Shown: piece by piece, positions 1 to 9,146 of the stretch
How positions within the stretch are numbered: the stretch's first letter is position 1
How the letters are laid out: each line of letters starts with the position of its first letter
Virus record (IMG/VR): IMGVR_UViG_3300027759_000002
Span: 1 to 64,000 of that record
Direction: 5' to 3' (one strand)
Origin: a virus
Length of the DNA stretch: 64,000 nt
Made by a program: the position numbers and the translations under genes
Notes under the pieces: generated by a model
What the model was told of the DNA's origin: nothing
The model's database searches: none
The model's input: the letters and a program-made list of their open reading frames with translations, nothing else

Positions 1-861
1 AGTAAAAATATCTGTGTTGAATTGGCCAAACAAGGTGTGCCAACTATCGTTATCAATCATGCTTGGATTGGTGACAAATTCAATACGCTGATTCAATCCA
101 TTCAACAACCATGTATTGTGATGTTTGATGAGTTTGAAAAGGTTTACAATTCAGAAGAACAGGAAGAATTGCTGACATTGCTTGACGGCATCTATTCATC
201 AAAGAAGCTATTCATGCTGACCAGTAACGACAAATGGCGTGTTGATAGCCATATGCGTAACCGACCAGGTCGTATCTTTTACATGGTTGACTTCAAAGGT
301 CTGGATGAGGCATTCATCCGTGAATACTGTTATGACAATTTGGCCAAACCAGAATTGAAAACGATTGACACCATTGTGGGTATTGCTTCTGTATTCGGTG
401 CATTTAACTTTGATATGTTGAAGGCATTGGTTGAAGAAATGAATCGTTATGGTGAAACACCACAAGAAGCAATGCGTATTCTAAACGTGAAGGCTGAATT
501 TGATGGTGGTACAACATATAGTGTGGAAATCTACAAAGGTGACCGCAAGGCAGACCGTACAAGTCCTTCCATTTGGAATGGCGCACCATTGGCATCAAAA
601 GAAATCTGTATCAGCTGGCGTTTCTTTTCTAAGAATTCTAAGAAGAAGAAGGCAGAAAGTGATGCTCCAGTTGCTATTGGTACTATTGGTATTGATGATA
701 ATCCAGATGATGATGAAGATGGTTGGGGTGATGAAGATTTTACCACCGATGACTTAGTAAAATTCAACAACAAAACTGGTCAATTCATCTTTGAAAAAAA
801 TGGCGTGACCTTGATTTTGATAAAAGAAACACCTAAGTATTTCAACTTTGATGCATTTTAA
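1..861 (+). CDS. AAA+ ATPase, 5'-truncated by the window edge
   Basis: Frame is open from base 1. Walker B (CIVMFDEFEK), sensor-1 (FMLTSND) and arginine-finger region (MRNRPGRI) are present; Walker A lies upstream of the window. Confidence 0.85.
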   Translation, partial: SKNICVELAKQGVPTIVINHAWIGDKFNTLIQSIQQPCIVMFDEFEKVYNSEEQEELLTLLDGIYSSKKLFMLTSNDKWRVDSHMRNRPGRIFYMVDFKGLDEAFIREYCYDNLAKPELKTIDTIVGIASVFGAFNFDMLKALVEEMNRYGETPQEAMRILNVKAEFDGGTTYSVEIYKGDRKADRTSPSIWNGAPLASKEICISWRFFSKNSKKKKAESDAPVAIGTIGIDDNPDDDEDGWGDEDFTTDDLVKFNNKTGQFIFEKNGVTLILIKETPKYFNFDAF

Positions 862-870
862 GGATTAAAT

Positions 871-1125
871 ATGAGTACAGAAGAAGATAAAATCAAACAT
901 TCAAAACGTTTGCAGAATGATGAGATTACCATCAAAAAACAAATGAAAATTGCCAAACGCCACGGCATGGATGTTAAAGAACCTCATAAGTTTGCCAAGC
1001 ACCATGCCATGGATTGTGGAAACCCTGAATGTGGATTGTGTGGTAATCCTAGGCATCTATCTAAAGATAGTCTCACAATCCAAGAGAAATCCTTTAAACA
1101 AACCGAAAAGTGGGAGACGGAATGA
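871..1125 (+). CDS. hypothetical protein with Cys/His metal-binding motif
   Basis: 84 aa, SD AAGGA, motif HHAMDCGNPECGLCGNPRH. Confidence 0.8.
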   Translation: MSTEEDKIKHSKRLQNDEITIKKQMKIAKRHGMDVKEPHKFAKHHAMDCGNPECGLCGNPRHLSKDSLTIQEKSFKQTEKWETE

Positions 1126-1140
1126 TTACTTTAGTAGTAC

Positions 1141-1169
1141 TTGCCATTGAGTTGGTTTTCATGTATAAT
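1141..1169 (+). promoter_or_regulatory. sigma70-type early promoter
   Basis: TTGCCA (1141-1146), 17-nt spacer, TATAAT (1164-1169), upstream of the CobS-like gene. Confidence 0.75.
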
Positions 1170-1202
1170 ACCAATATGTGGATGTCATAACTGGAGAAAA
1201 AA

Positions 1203-2345
1203 ATGAGTTTAAACCGCAATCAAACCGCTTTTGTTAAAGCAGCCGAGGAATTGTATGGCACAGGTTCTATTTTGACCCGTGACGGCATTCAACAAGTCAT
1301 TGAAGAAAATGACCTTTCTTTTCCACACTGGTTTGTAACCAAGTCTGAATATAGGGTTGGTCGAGGAGAATATAAATTGCCTAATATCGGCACCAAGAAA
1401 ACAATCGTTAAAGAACCTGAACTTGAAATTGCATTGGCTGCACAAGTTTTAGAGTTTAAACAACCTAAACTAGTTGATGACTCTGACGTATCAATTCCTG
1501 TAAAGTATAAAGATTATGTGCCATTTGGATTTTTTAAAGATTTGCGTAATATCATTAAGTCTGATTTGTTTTATCCTGTGTTCATTACAGGCCTTTCAGG
1601 CAATGGTAAAACCCTCATGGTGGAACAATCTTGCTCGGAGCTCGGGCGGGAGTGCATTAGAGTTAATATTAGTATTGAAACTGATGAATCGGATTTGCTC
1701 GGTGGTCCTACTCTTGTTAATGGGAACGTTGTTAATCGTGACGGTCCTGTTATTACAGCAATGAAGCGTGGCGCCATTCTGTTGATTGATGAAGTTGACC
1801 GTGGTTCTAATAAATTGATGTGTTTGCAAGGTATCTTAGAAGGCAAACCATACTACAACAAAAAGAATGGTGAGATGGTATATCCAAAAGATGGGTTCAA
1901 CGTCATTGCTACTGCAAACACCAAAGGTCGTGGCAGTGAAGAAGGTCGTTATCTTTCACAGATTCTAGATGATGCATTCCTAGAACGTTTCCCTATTACA
2001 GTTGAACAGGAATATCCTGATGTTAAAACTGAAAAGAAAATCCTTTCACCATTGATTGCTGACCAGGATTTTGTTGAGAAGTTGACACAATGGGCTGATA
2101 TTGTTCGACAATCATTTGACCAAGGTGCTGTTGATGAAGTTATCTCCACACGCCGTTTGGTCCACATTGCTAAAGCATTTAAAATCTTTGGCGACCGAAT
2201 GAAAGCTATTGAACTATGCGTGGCACGGTTCGATACAGACACCAAAATGGCGTTCCTCGACTTGTATTCCAAGGTTGATGCGAAAGTTGATGCTCCCGTA
2301 GGAAAAGCCCCTACGGTGGTAAATACTGATGAAGTTCCATTTTGA
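1203..2345 (+). CDS. cobS: CobS/MoxR-like AAA+ ATPase of T4-like phages
   Basis: Walker A GLSGNGKT, Walker B LLIDEVD, IATANTKGRG, LDDAFLERF and ISTRRL motifs typical of the phage CobS-like family. Cobalamin function is not implied. Confidence 0.85.
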   Translation: MSLNRNQTAFVKAAEELYGTGSILTRDGIQQVIEENDLSFPHWFVTKSEYRVGRGEYKLPNIGTKKTIVKEPELEIALAAQVLEFKQPKLVDDSDVSIPVKYKDYVPFGFFKDLRNIIKSDLFYPVFITGLSGNGKTLMVEQSCSELGRECIRVNISIETDESDLLGGPTLVNGNVVNRDGPVITAMKRGAILLIDEVDRGSNKLMCLQGILEGKPYYNKKNGEMVYPKDGFNVIATANTKGRGSEEGRYLSQILDDAFLERFPITVEQEYPDVKTEKKILSPLIADQDFVEKLTQWADIVRQSFDQGAVDEVISTRRLVHIAKAFKIFGDRMKAIELCVARFDTDTKMAFLDLYSKVDAKVDAPVGKAPTVVNTDEVPF

Positions 2346-2368
2346 TGTAAAAAAACAACACTGGATGG

Positions 2369-2397
2369 TTGCCAACATGCCATCTTTATGTTATAAT
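2369..2397 (+). promoter_or_regulatory. sigma70-type promoter with extended -10
   Basis: TTGCCA (2369-2374), 17 nt, TG-T-TATAAT (-10 at 2392-2397). Confidence 0.8.
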
Positions 2398-2441
2398 TCA
2401 TATGTTGGTACTCTTATCATGTAATTTTGAAAGGACTTAAA

Positions 2442-2765
2442 ATGTCAAACACCGTTCGCTCAGGCAAACAAAATCGCCACGAAAAAATCACCGTAACCCT
2501 TTTGTCAGGTAAACCTGTATCTCCCGATGAGATTAAGTCCTGTTTCAAAGGCACGGATCAAGAAGCGGTTCTCTATCGCTTATCCACAAACATCTATAAC
2601 ATCCGCAAAGATGGCGGTATCATCAAGGTGCATAAAACCGGCCGTGCTGTAACAGCATATCAGTTGGTTAATTATACCGAGTTTGATAAGAATGGTCGTT
2701 ATGTTGGTGCACCTAAAACAACACCTGTTGCACAACCAACAACTACAGAAACTGCTGAAGCCTAA
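2442..2765 (+). CDS. hypothetical protein, possible winged-HTH DNA-binding protein
   Basis: ATG 2442 after SD AAGGA. Pattern LLSGKPVSPDEI...YRLSTNIYNIRKDGGIIKV resembles a wHTH. Confidence 0.7.
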   Translation: MSNTVRSGKQNRHEKITVTLLSGKPVSPDEIKSCFKGTDQEAVLYRLSTNIYNIRKDGGIIKVHKTGRAVTAYQLVNYTEFDKNGRYVGAPKTTPVAQPTTTETAEA

Positions 2766-3004
2766 TGCTTCGTCCCACTATAAACGGAGAAGTTATGAAC
2801 TGGCCTAAATTTTCAGTGCAAATAGTGATTGTTATATTCACTCTTTGTTTGAATTCATTATTGGTTATGTTATGTTGGAATGCATTCCTCATTCACGCTG
2901 TTAATGGTGTGAATGAGATTGGTTTCATTACATCAATGGGTTTAACTGGTCTCGCTGGAATCTTATTCAAAGAGAATGGTATTAAGGTGAACTTCAATGA
3001 ATAA
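2765..3004 (+). CDS. small membrane protein
   Basis: 79 aa with two hydrophobic segments; overlaps both neighbours at its ends. Confidence 0.65.
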   Translation: MLRPTINGEVMNWPKFSVQIVIVIFTLCLNSLLVMLCWNAFLIHAVNGVNEIGFITSMGLTGLAGILFKENGIKVNFNE

Positions 3005-3218
3005 GTGGGACCGAGACAACCTGGATTTTATTATGAATACAACCAATGAAGGTTTTGATGAATGGCTGGATCAAGCCGATAACGATGATGTTGCCTATGC
3101 ATTAGAATTAATCCGTATGGCAAAAGCTGAATTGATGATTCAGGAAATGGAATTCACTGATGATGTGTCCAATTTTACTGAAGCATCACAGTTAATTGAA
3201 AGGATTAAAAATGTTTAA
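2997..3218 (+). CDS. hypothetical acidic protein
   Basis: 73 aa ORF tightly packed in the operon. Confidence 0.75.
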   Translation: MNKWDRDNLDFIMNTTNEGFDEWLDQADNDDVAYALELIRMAKAELMIQEMEFTDDVSNFTEASQLIERIKNV

Positions 3219-3459
3219 CAAAACTTTGAGATATGGTATGTTTACTATTCTTTTTTTAGTGATATCTGCGTGTTCAACTCCCAAGTTGGAAGGTTTCGAA
3301 AAAGCAAAGGTCATTGAACGTGCTGAAGTAATTCGTGCGGCCAAGGATTGTATTGACGCAAGGATGCGGCCGGTGATTCAATCACTGCCACAGAAAACGG
3401 ATCATGGCACAATCATGTATCCAGTTTCTGTTCAATGTGAGACTTACAACGTTCGTTAA
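3211..3459 (+). CDS. putative lipoprotein
   Basis: ATG 3211 after AAGGA; signal peptide ending in lipobox ISAC. Confidence 0.65.
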   Translation: MFNKTLRYGMFTILFLVISACSTPKLEGFEKAKVIERAEVIRAAKDCIDARMRPVIQSLPQKTDHGTIMYPVSVQCETYNVR

Positions 3460-3471
3460 TAGGTGATTTAA

Positions 3472-3999
3472 ATGTATTCCGAAATCGTCAATGATTCTGG
3501 TATTTCCCAACACACAATGGAAATCATTGTATTTGGTGTTATTGGTGTGTTTGTTCTTGGTCTTGTTTTCTTCCTTTGGTGGAAACAAATCATCATTGGT
3601 GTTATGGCTTTAGCTGCGGTTGTTGTCTTGGCCAATCACAGACCAAAATCAACAGTGGTGCCTAAAGTTGAGCAAGAGCAAATCATCATTGAGAAGGTAA
3701 TTATTCCTGAAAATCCTGTTCATATTGAATTAGATGAAAAGAAGATTCAAGAAGGTGTGGATCCACAACCAGCCAACAAAGAACCATTGATGACCAAACC
3801 TGAAAATGATGGTAAATACTTCATTGAAGATTGCCTACAATTTACGGATTATACAAAGGCTCAATGTGAAGCTATTTGGAATAAACGTGAAGCTGAAGAA
3901 GTCAAACTATTAGATGTTGACAATGTAAAATATAAACAACGGCGTGCTGAAGCATTAAAGAAACCTAATGCTGTTGTTGCACACTACACATTAAGATAA
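3472..3999 (+). CDS. membrane-anchored hypothetical protein
   Basis: Two N-terminal TM-like segments and a soluble C-terminus with a CxxxxxxxxxxC pair. Confidence 0.75.
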   Translation: MYSEIVNDSGISQHTMEIIVFGVIGVFVLGLVFFLWWKQIIIGVMALAAVVVLANHRPKSTVVPKVEQEQIIIEKVIIPENPVHIELDEKKIQEGVDPQPANKEPLMTKPENDGKYFIEDCLQFTDYTKAQCEAIWNKREAEEVKLLDVDNVKYKQRRAEALKKPNAVVAHYTLR

Positions 4000-4008
4000 G
4001 GAGTTAGT

Positions 4009-4356
4009 ATGATGATTAGTTTGTACCGTGGTATTGTTGATATTCTTACCAATCAAACAGAAATTTTGAATAAACAATTTATTAAACACATTCGCACCTT
4101 TAATGATGGTGACCCTACAGAAAACTTTGGCACAGCAGGATTCTGGAATCTGATGCTTGAAGTGACCTATATTTTTTATGTAAAATGTTTTGTTGCAGTT
4201 GGCATTGGCATTACACTTGCATTGGCTGTTGTTTTCTTTCCATTGTATGCTTTACGTAAAGCAACCAGTGGTGCATTTATAGGTGCTATGCCAAAATATG
4301 AACAACCAATGACATACGAAGAACCCAAGCTTGAACCTGTTCAGGAGAAAAAATGA
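4009..4356 (+). CDS. membrane hypothetical protein
   Basis: SD AGGAG; central hydrophobic stretch. Confidence 0.7.
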   Translation: MMISLYRGIVDILTNQTEILNKQFIKHIRTFNDGDPTENFGTAGFWNLMLEVTYIFYVKCFVAVGIGITLALAVVFFPLYALRKATSGAFIGAMPKYEQPMTYEEPKLEPVQEKK

Positions 4357-4574
4357 TTGACCAAAAAATAATAGATATTACAGATGACTTTGATGATTTT
4401 CTCAAAAAAGTTATTACAAACTATGAGGTCAGTTATGCCGGTTTGGTTGGTATTATTATGGCCAGAATGGTTGTCTTAGCACAAGTCTCCGGTGGTGAAG
4501 AAATTATGTTGAAGATGATTCCACATATGCAAAAAACCCTTATCACAGGAATGAATAGTGATGGCTATCATTGA
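4353..4574 (+). CDS. hypothetical protein
   Basis: 73 aa, ATGA overlap with the upstream gene. Confidence 0.7.
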   Translation: MIDQKIIDITDDFDDFLKKVITNYEVSYAGLVGIIMARMVVLAQVSGGEEIMLKMIPHMQKTLITGMNSDGYH

Positions 4575-4657
4575 CCCTATTTCAGAGCAAGGTTATTTGC
4601 TGTACCTGATGACCAGGTAAGGATCCTGCGTGTGTCGCAATTAAACAACAATGTGGC

Positions 4658-4686
4658 TTGACATATATAACTACCCATGTTATAAT
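4658..4686 (+). promoter_or_regulatory. consensus sigma70 promoter with extended -10
   Basis: TTGACA (4658-4663), 17 nt, TG-T-TATAAT (-10 at 4681-4686). Confidence 0.9.
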
Positions 4687-4708
4687 ATCACCATAAGGAA
4701 ATAATACT

Positions 4709-5635
4709 ATGAAGATTGCAGTTTGTTCAGATATTCACCTAGAATTTGGCACTATCAGCCTCGACAATACCGAAGGTGCTGATGTGCTCATTCTTGGTGG
4801 TGATATTTGTGTTGCTAAAGATTTAAATACAAGGGACGAATATGCGCTTGCTGACCGCTTTGGCCGCTCTGAGGCGTGGCATACATTCTTTCAAGAATGC
4901 TCTGCTAGATTCCCTCATGTTATCTACATCGCTGGAAATCACGAACATTATCACGGTGATTTTAGGGATACTATTACAAGGCTTCGTGATAAGCTTGGTT
5001 ATCTACGCAATTTACATATCTTAGATAAACAAATTCTAACTGTTGATGATGTAACATTCATTGGCGGTACTTTGTGGACTGATATGAACAAGGAAGATCC
5101 AATTACACTGTTGCACATGAAAGGCATGATGAATGACTTCCGTTGTGTGGATAATAGTAACCATATGGTCAACTATAAAGCACCAATCTACAAAAAAGAT
5201 GAGAATGGTGAATACATTACACAAAAAATCGGTGAAGTAAATTCATTGATTGAAGATGGTTTTGAATTCAAGCAACGTGTTGGTCGTTTCACACCAGAAG
5301 ATTCGGTTGAAGACCATCGTAAAATGTTGGGTTACATTCAGTCTGTGATTGAAGGTAAGTTTGATGAAAAGTTTGTTGTTGTGGGTCACCACGCACCAAG
5401 CAAACAGTCAACACATCCACGTTATGCTGATGAGGTCATTATGAATGGTGGTTACAGTACTGCATTAGATGAATTCATCATGGATCATCCACAAATCAAA
5501 TTGTGGACTCACGGTCATACACATGAAGATTTCGACTACATGGTTGGTTCTAGTCGTATTGTTTGTAACCCCCGTGGTTATGATGCATACGAAGACCGTG
5601 CTGATAGATTCCAATTGAAATATGTGGAGATTTAA
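4709..5635 (+). CDS. calcineurin-like metallophosphoesterase
   Basis: Motifs SDIH, GGDI, AGNHEHY, VGHHAP and HGHTH. Confidence 0.9.
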   Translation: MKIAVCSDIHLEFGTISLDNTEGADVLILGGDICVAKDLNTRDEYALADRFGRSEAWHTFFQECSARFPHVIYIAGNHEHYHGDFRDTITRLRDKLGYLRNLHILDKQILTVDDVTFIGGTLWTDMNKEDPITLLHMKGMMNDFRCVDNSNHMVNYKAPIYKKDENGEYITQKIGEVNSLIEDGFEFKQRVGRFTPEDSVEDHRKMLGYIQSVIEGKFDEKFVVVGHHAPSKQSTHPRYADEVIMNGGYSTALDEFIMDHPQIKLWTHGHTHEDFDYMVGSSRIVCNPRGYDAYEDRADRFQLKYVEI

Positions 5636-5898
5636 TGACCGATAAAATTGAACACTTGATGTATTGTTCCGGTATGACAGCCCAAGGTTGTTGGGACGAA
5701 ATGGATTCTTATCAACAAAATGCCATCAATTCATTGGTGAAATATGTTGCTATAGAGTGTATGAATGTGATTGTGCAAAATAGAAAATATGCCAGTCAGC
5801 ACAAATGGCCAGCCACCGAGTTGGCCAATGTGTGTTTGTATGAAATTGATAAACTTTTTGGAGTGCAAGAAGATGGAAAAGAAACTGTATCTAGTTGA
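5635..5898 (+). CDS. hypothetical protein
   Basis: 87 aa, translationally coupled to the upstream gene. Confidence 0.65.
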   Translation: MTDKIEHLMYCSGMTAQGCWDEMDSYQQNAINSLVKYVAIECMNVIVQNRKYASQHKWPATELANVCLYEIDKLFGVQEDGKETVSS

Positions 5899-6157
5899 AA
5901 CTGTATCAATGTTTCGTATGCGTTATGTGGTTGAGGCTCGTGAAGAATCTCATGCACATGATGAATTCATTATGGAAATTGGCAAAGAATCTTTCAAAGA
6001 ATTCTCACAACATCATATTGATGAGGTGATTGTTTCTAGTCGTGAATTATCTGCAAAAGATTATTTAAAATTGTTTGACGCAGATAACGATTACTGTAAG
6101 AATTGGGACATTGCCGACAAAATGAAATCAATCAACTCTATTGATTACAAAGAATGA
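5873..6157 (+). CDS. hypothetical protein
   Basis: Likely start ATG 5873 (MEKKLYLVETVSMFRMRYVVEA). Confidence 0.7.
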   Translation: MEKKLYLVETVSMFRMRYVVEAREESHAHDEFIMEIGKESFKEFSQHHIDEVIVSSRELSAKDYLKLFDADNDYCKNWDIADKMKSINSIDYKE

Positions 6158-7014
6158 AGAAGATTCTAATCACCGGTAGTTCTGGTTACATTGGCCAACA
6201 CCTTTGTCAGGTGCTGAATAAAGAATATGTTGTTGGTTTGGATCGTGTGTTCAAACCACAACATTGTGTTGTTGGTTTGGATCGTGTGTTCAAACCACAA
6301 CTTGCGGAAAAATTTATACAAGAAGATATTGACAACATGAAATGTTTGAATGACCACTATGATGTTGTGGTTCATTTGGCTGGATTGGTGAATGTCGGTG
6401 ATTCTGTAAAATGGCCGATGCGTTACTATCAAACGAATGTTGGTGGTACAATGAATCTTTTAGAACGTGTGAGTTTTGACCATTTCATTTTTGCGTCTAC
6501 TGGCGCAGCCGTTGGTGGTGATAGCCCATATGCAATATCAAAAAAGATTACTGAAACGATTGTTCGTAATTATTGCACGTTAATTAACAAAGACCAAACA
6601 ATTTTCAGGTTCTACAACGTTATTGGTTCTGCATACGGAATTGATCCAACGAACCATGATGGTTTGATGTACAATTTAATGAAAGCGAGAGAAACAGGTG
6701 AGTTCAATTTATATGGTAATGATTATGATACACTTGATGGTACCGCAGTTCGTGATTATATACACGTACTTGAAATATGCGAGGCCATTAAACTTGCTAT
6801 TAGACGACCTTCAAATATCCTCTTGGAAAACCTAGGCAGCGGGCAAGGTTACACAGTACAACAAACTATAGATACATTCAAAAAGGTGAATGATTGTGAT
6901 TTTAAAGTAAATGTGATGCCACGTAAAGCAGGTGACTTAGAACATTCTGTTTTACATGATGTGTCGCCGTATATGAAAAAAGTTTTTACACTGGAACAAA
7001 TGTTAAAATTATGA
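6154..7014 (+). CDS. NAD-dependent epimerase/dehydratase (UDP-glucose 4-epimerase-like SDR)
   Basis: Rossmann motif ITGSSGYIG, HLAG, YxxxK (YAISK), RFYNV and TAVRDYIHV. Confidence 0.9.
   Translation: MKKILITGSSGYIGQHLCQVLNKEYVVGLDRVFKPQHCVVGLDRVFKPQLAEKFIQEDIDNMKCLNDHYDVVVHLAGLVNVGDSVKWPMRYYQTNVGGTMNLLERVSFDHFIFASTGAAVGGDSPYAISKKITETIVRNYCTLINKDQTIFRFYNVIGSAYGIDPTNHDGLMYNLMKARETGEFNLYGNDYDTLDGTAVRDYIHVLEICEAIKLAIRRPSNILLENLGSGQGYTVQQTIDTFKKVNDCDFKVNVMPRKAGDLEHSVLHDVSPYMKKVFTLEQMLKL
6228..6301 (+). repeat. direct repeat of 35 nt with a 39-nt period (13-aa duplication)
   Basis: TGTTGTTGGTTTGGATCGTGTGTTCAAACCACAAC at 6228-6262 and 6267-6301; encodes VVGLDRVFKPQ twice. Confidence 0.95.
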
Positions 7015-7673
7015 AAGTTTATTTTTCAAATTATCGCAACCACTGGATTTCTCCGTATACAATTTTGGAGAAGATTTTCTTTTGGCGTGAGATTGACTAT
7101 GATGAACCAATCATCGAAAAGTGGTCTAATCGTCTAATGCCATTTTCAACCGCATACATGAAATTCATGGACTTTATTCATCCACAAATTCGTTATGTAA
7201 AACTCGACAGATGGGATACATGGAATATGGATGGCACATTGTCACCAATCATTCTTCCGATGTTGAAACAGTTGCACGCCACTAAACATGGTTCACCTAA
7301 TGTTGATGATAATGATGTGCCAGAAGAATTGAAGTCTACCTCAGCACCAGAAAAAGAAAATGTATATGATGTGGATGCCAACCATTTCAAACGTTTTGAT
7401 TGGGTCATGGATGAAATGATTTGGGCTTTTGAACAACTACAACCAGATAATGATTGGGAACAACTGTACACTTCTGGTGTTGCTGATTGGAATTTTGTGC
7501 CTGTTGATAAAGAAGGTAATGAAGTGCCTAAAAGTGAACAACGATATACTGAAATGCGCCATGGACCAAATCATACATATGAGATAGATTGGGAAGCTCG
7601 CAACAAACACCAAGAACGCATCACTAATGGTTTGCGTTTGTTCGGCAAATATTATCAAGCACTATGGGATTAA
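7011..7673 (+). CDS. hypothetical protein
   Basis: 220 aa Trp-rich ORF with ATGA overlap. Confidence 0.8.
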   Translation: MKVYFSNYRNHWISPYTILEKIFFWREIDYDEPIIEKWSNRLMPFSTAYMKFMDFIHPQIRYVKLDRWDTWNMDGTLSPIILPMLKQLHATKHGSPNVDDNDVPEELKSTSAPEKENVYDVDANHFKRFDWVMDEMIWAFEQLQPDNDWEQLYTSGVADWNFVPVDKEGNEVPKSEQRYTEMRHGPNHTYEIDWEARNKHQERITNGLRLFGKYYQALWD

Positions 7674-7674
7674 T

Positions 7675-7857
7675 ATGGTTATTACTGCATTAGAAAAACT
7701 CGAAAAAGAAATGGCTGAGTTAAAACTCCGCCTTGATGAATTAGAGGACCTTAAAAAAGAAAATGTGGCATTGCGTGAGTTGGTTCACCATCTTGCATCA
7801 AGGCCTGCACCATATCAACCAGACCCTTATGCACCACCATATAAGGTGACTTGCTGA
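7675..7857 (+). CDS. small coiled-coil protein
   Basis: Heptad pattern LEKLEKEMAELKLRLDELEDLKKEN. Confidence 0.7.
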   Translation: MVITALEKLEKEMAELKLRLDELEDLKKENVALRELVHHLASRPAPYQPDPYAPPYKVTC

Positions 7858-8084
7858 TGTTATCATTCATTCATTATGTGTCAGCCTTGCGTAGGTTGAA
7901 AGAATCTGAAAAGACTGTCTATATGTTAGGTGGTGAACGAGAAGCGCCACCAATGATCCTGGCGCAACGGGATATGATTAAAAATGAAGTCGAATACTAT
8001 TATGATGAATCCATCAGACTAGGATTATTTTTGTTTGCGCTTGCCATTGGCAGTGCTGCGGTGTATAATATAATTTACAATTAG
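7857..8084 (+). CDS. small membrane protein
   Basis: TGATG-coupled start; C-terminal TM segment. Confidence 0.65.
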   Translation: MLSFIHYVSALRRLKESEKTVYMLGGEREAPPMILAQRDMIKNEVEYYYDESIRLGLFLFALAIGSAAVYNIIYN

Positions 8085-8092
8085 GAAAAAAT

Positions 8093-8347
8093 ATGAAAAC
8101 TTGGTTACTTTGGTTAAAAGAAAATTATATGAAACTCGTTGGTTACATACTAATGGTTGTTGCCATTTTATTGTTTATGTTGGCAATTGTCACCAGACCT
8201 ACACCAACAGTAGATGTATTGAAAGACTTTAAAGATGGTATTCAAAACCATCTTGTATGGTCGATTAAAGGTGAATGTTTCTTTGTACGTCCACACACAG
8301 AGCAAACAGTATATTTAATTCGTGTGGCTGATTGTGATAAGAAATAA
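8093..8347 (+). CDS. membrane-anchored hypothetical protein
   Basis: SD AGGA; N-terminal TM segment. Confidence 0.7.
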   Translation: MKTWLLWLKENYMKLVGYILMVVAILLFMLAIVTRPTPTVDVLKDFKDGIQNHLVWSIKGECFFVRPHTEQTVYLIRVADCDKK

Positions 8348-8356
8348 GGAGTCACT

Positions 8357-8665
8357 ATGAGTTTATTTGTTGAAGTCAATTCTATTGAAAAGGGTTGTCC
8401 TGTTATTATTAATTTGGACCACATTATTGAAATTGCACCATTAGCTTCTGGTGGATGTGCATTGTTTACACTTGATGGCGCAGGTATGAATTCTAAAAAC
8501 GCTATGAAAGTTTCCGATAATTATGATTTGTTCAGACAATTCGCTATGCAGACTGTAACAGTAGAAGATATTGAACGCCGTTTTCCTAAAGTTTCTGCAT
8601 CAGTTGAAACCACAAAGAAAACTAAAAAATCTGAAGACTTGGACATACCTAAATTTGGTGGTTAA
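8357..8665 (+). CDS. hypothetical protein
   Basis: SD AGGAG, 102 aa. Confidence 0.75.
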   Translation: MSLFVEVNSIEKGCPVIINLDHIIEIAPLASGGCALFTLDGAGMNSKNAMKVSDNYDLFRQFAMQTVTVEDIERRFPKVSASVETTKKTKKSEDLDIPKFGG

Positions 8666-8668
8666 ACA

Positions 8669-8896
8669 ATGAAGTTTGAAATGGTGGGTCAACACCACAA
8701 CTACTTGGGTTTTAATGACCAACAACCAGGAACAAAAGTTACCATAGAATTTGAAGCAGAACAACTGCAAGATATTCTAGAAGAATTTACTATGTTTCTG
8801 CGTGGATGTGGTTTCACAATTAACGGTACATTGGATGTGATACCAGATGAGGAATATTATGCAGCAACTATTCGCACCGACAATTCAATGGATTAA
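8669..8896 (+). CDS. hypothetical protein
   Basis: 75 aa with motif EFTMFLRGCGF. Confidence 0.75.
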   Translation: MKFEMVGQHHNYLGFNDQQPGTKVTIEFEAEQLQDILEEFTMFLRGCGFTINGTLDVIPDEEYYAATIRTDNSMD

Positions 8897-9146
8897 AGAT
8901 GATTGGCGCAGTAATCACATTCGTTTTGTTATTGAACTACTTGCTTGGGCTATTTCTGTTGGTTGCAGCGTCACTATGGCAGTCACAGTACCAAACCCTC
9001 CCCTCTTGGTTCTTTATCCTGTGTGGATCACTGGTTGTGCTCTCTATGCTTGGGCTGCTTATACTCGGAAATCATTTGGAATGTTGGCTAACTATATCTT
9101 GCTAACTGCAATTGATACATTTGGTTTGATTAGGATGTTAACATGA
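8859..9146 (+). CDS. small multi-pass membrane protein
   Basis: ATG 8859 after GAGGA; three hydrophobic segments. Confidence 0.7.
   Translation: MQQLFAPTIQWIKDDWRSNHIRFVIELLAWAISVGCSVTMAVTVPNPPLLVLYPVWITGCALYAWAAYTRKSFGMLANYILLTAIDTFGLIRMLT

Noticed and set aside
1203-2345. Cobalamin biosynthesis role for the CobS-like gene, linked to the B12 rSAM
   Set aside because: Phage CobS-like proteins are MoxR-type AAA chaperones. No CobN/CobT or other cob genes are in the window, so the link is not supported.
4604-4618. Hammerhead ribozyme core (CTGATGA at 4606-4612)
   Set aside because: No stem II followed by GAAA, and the motif sits within a simple hairpin. The CTGAGGA near 20597 fails for the same reason.
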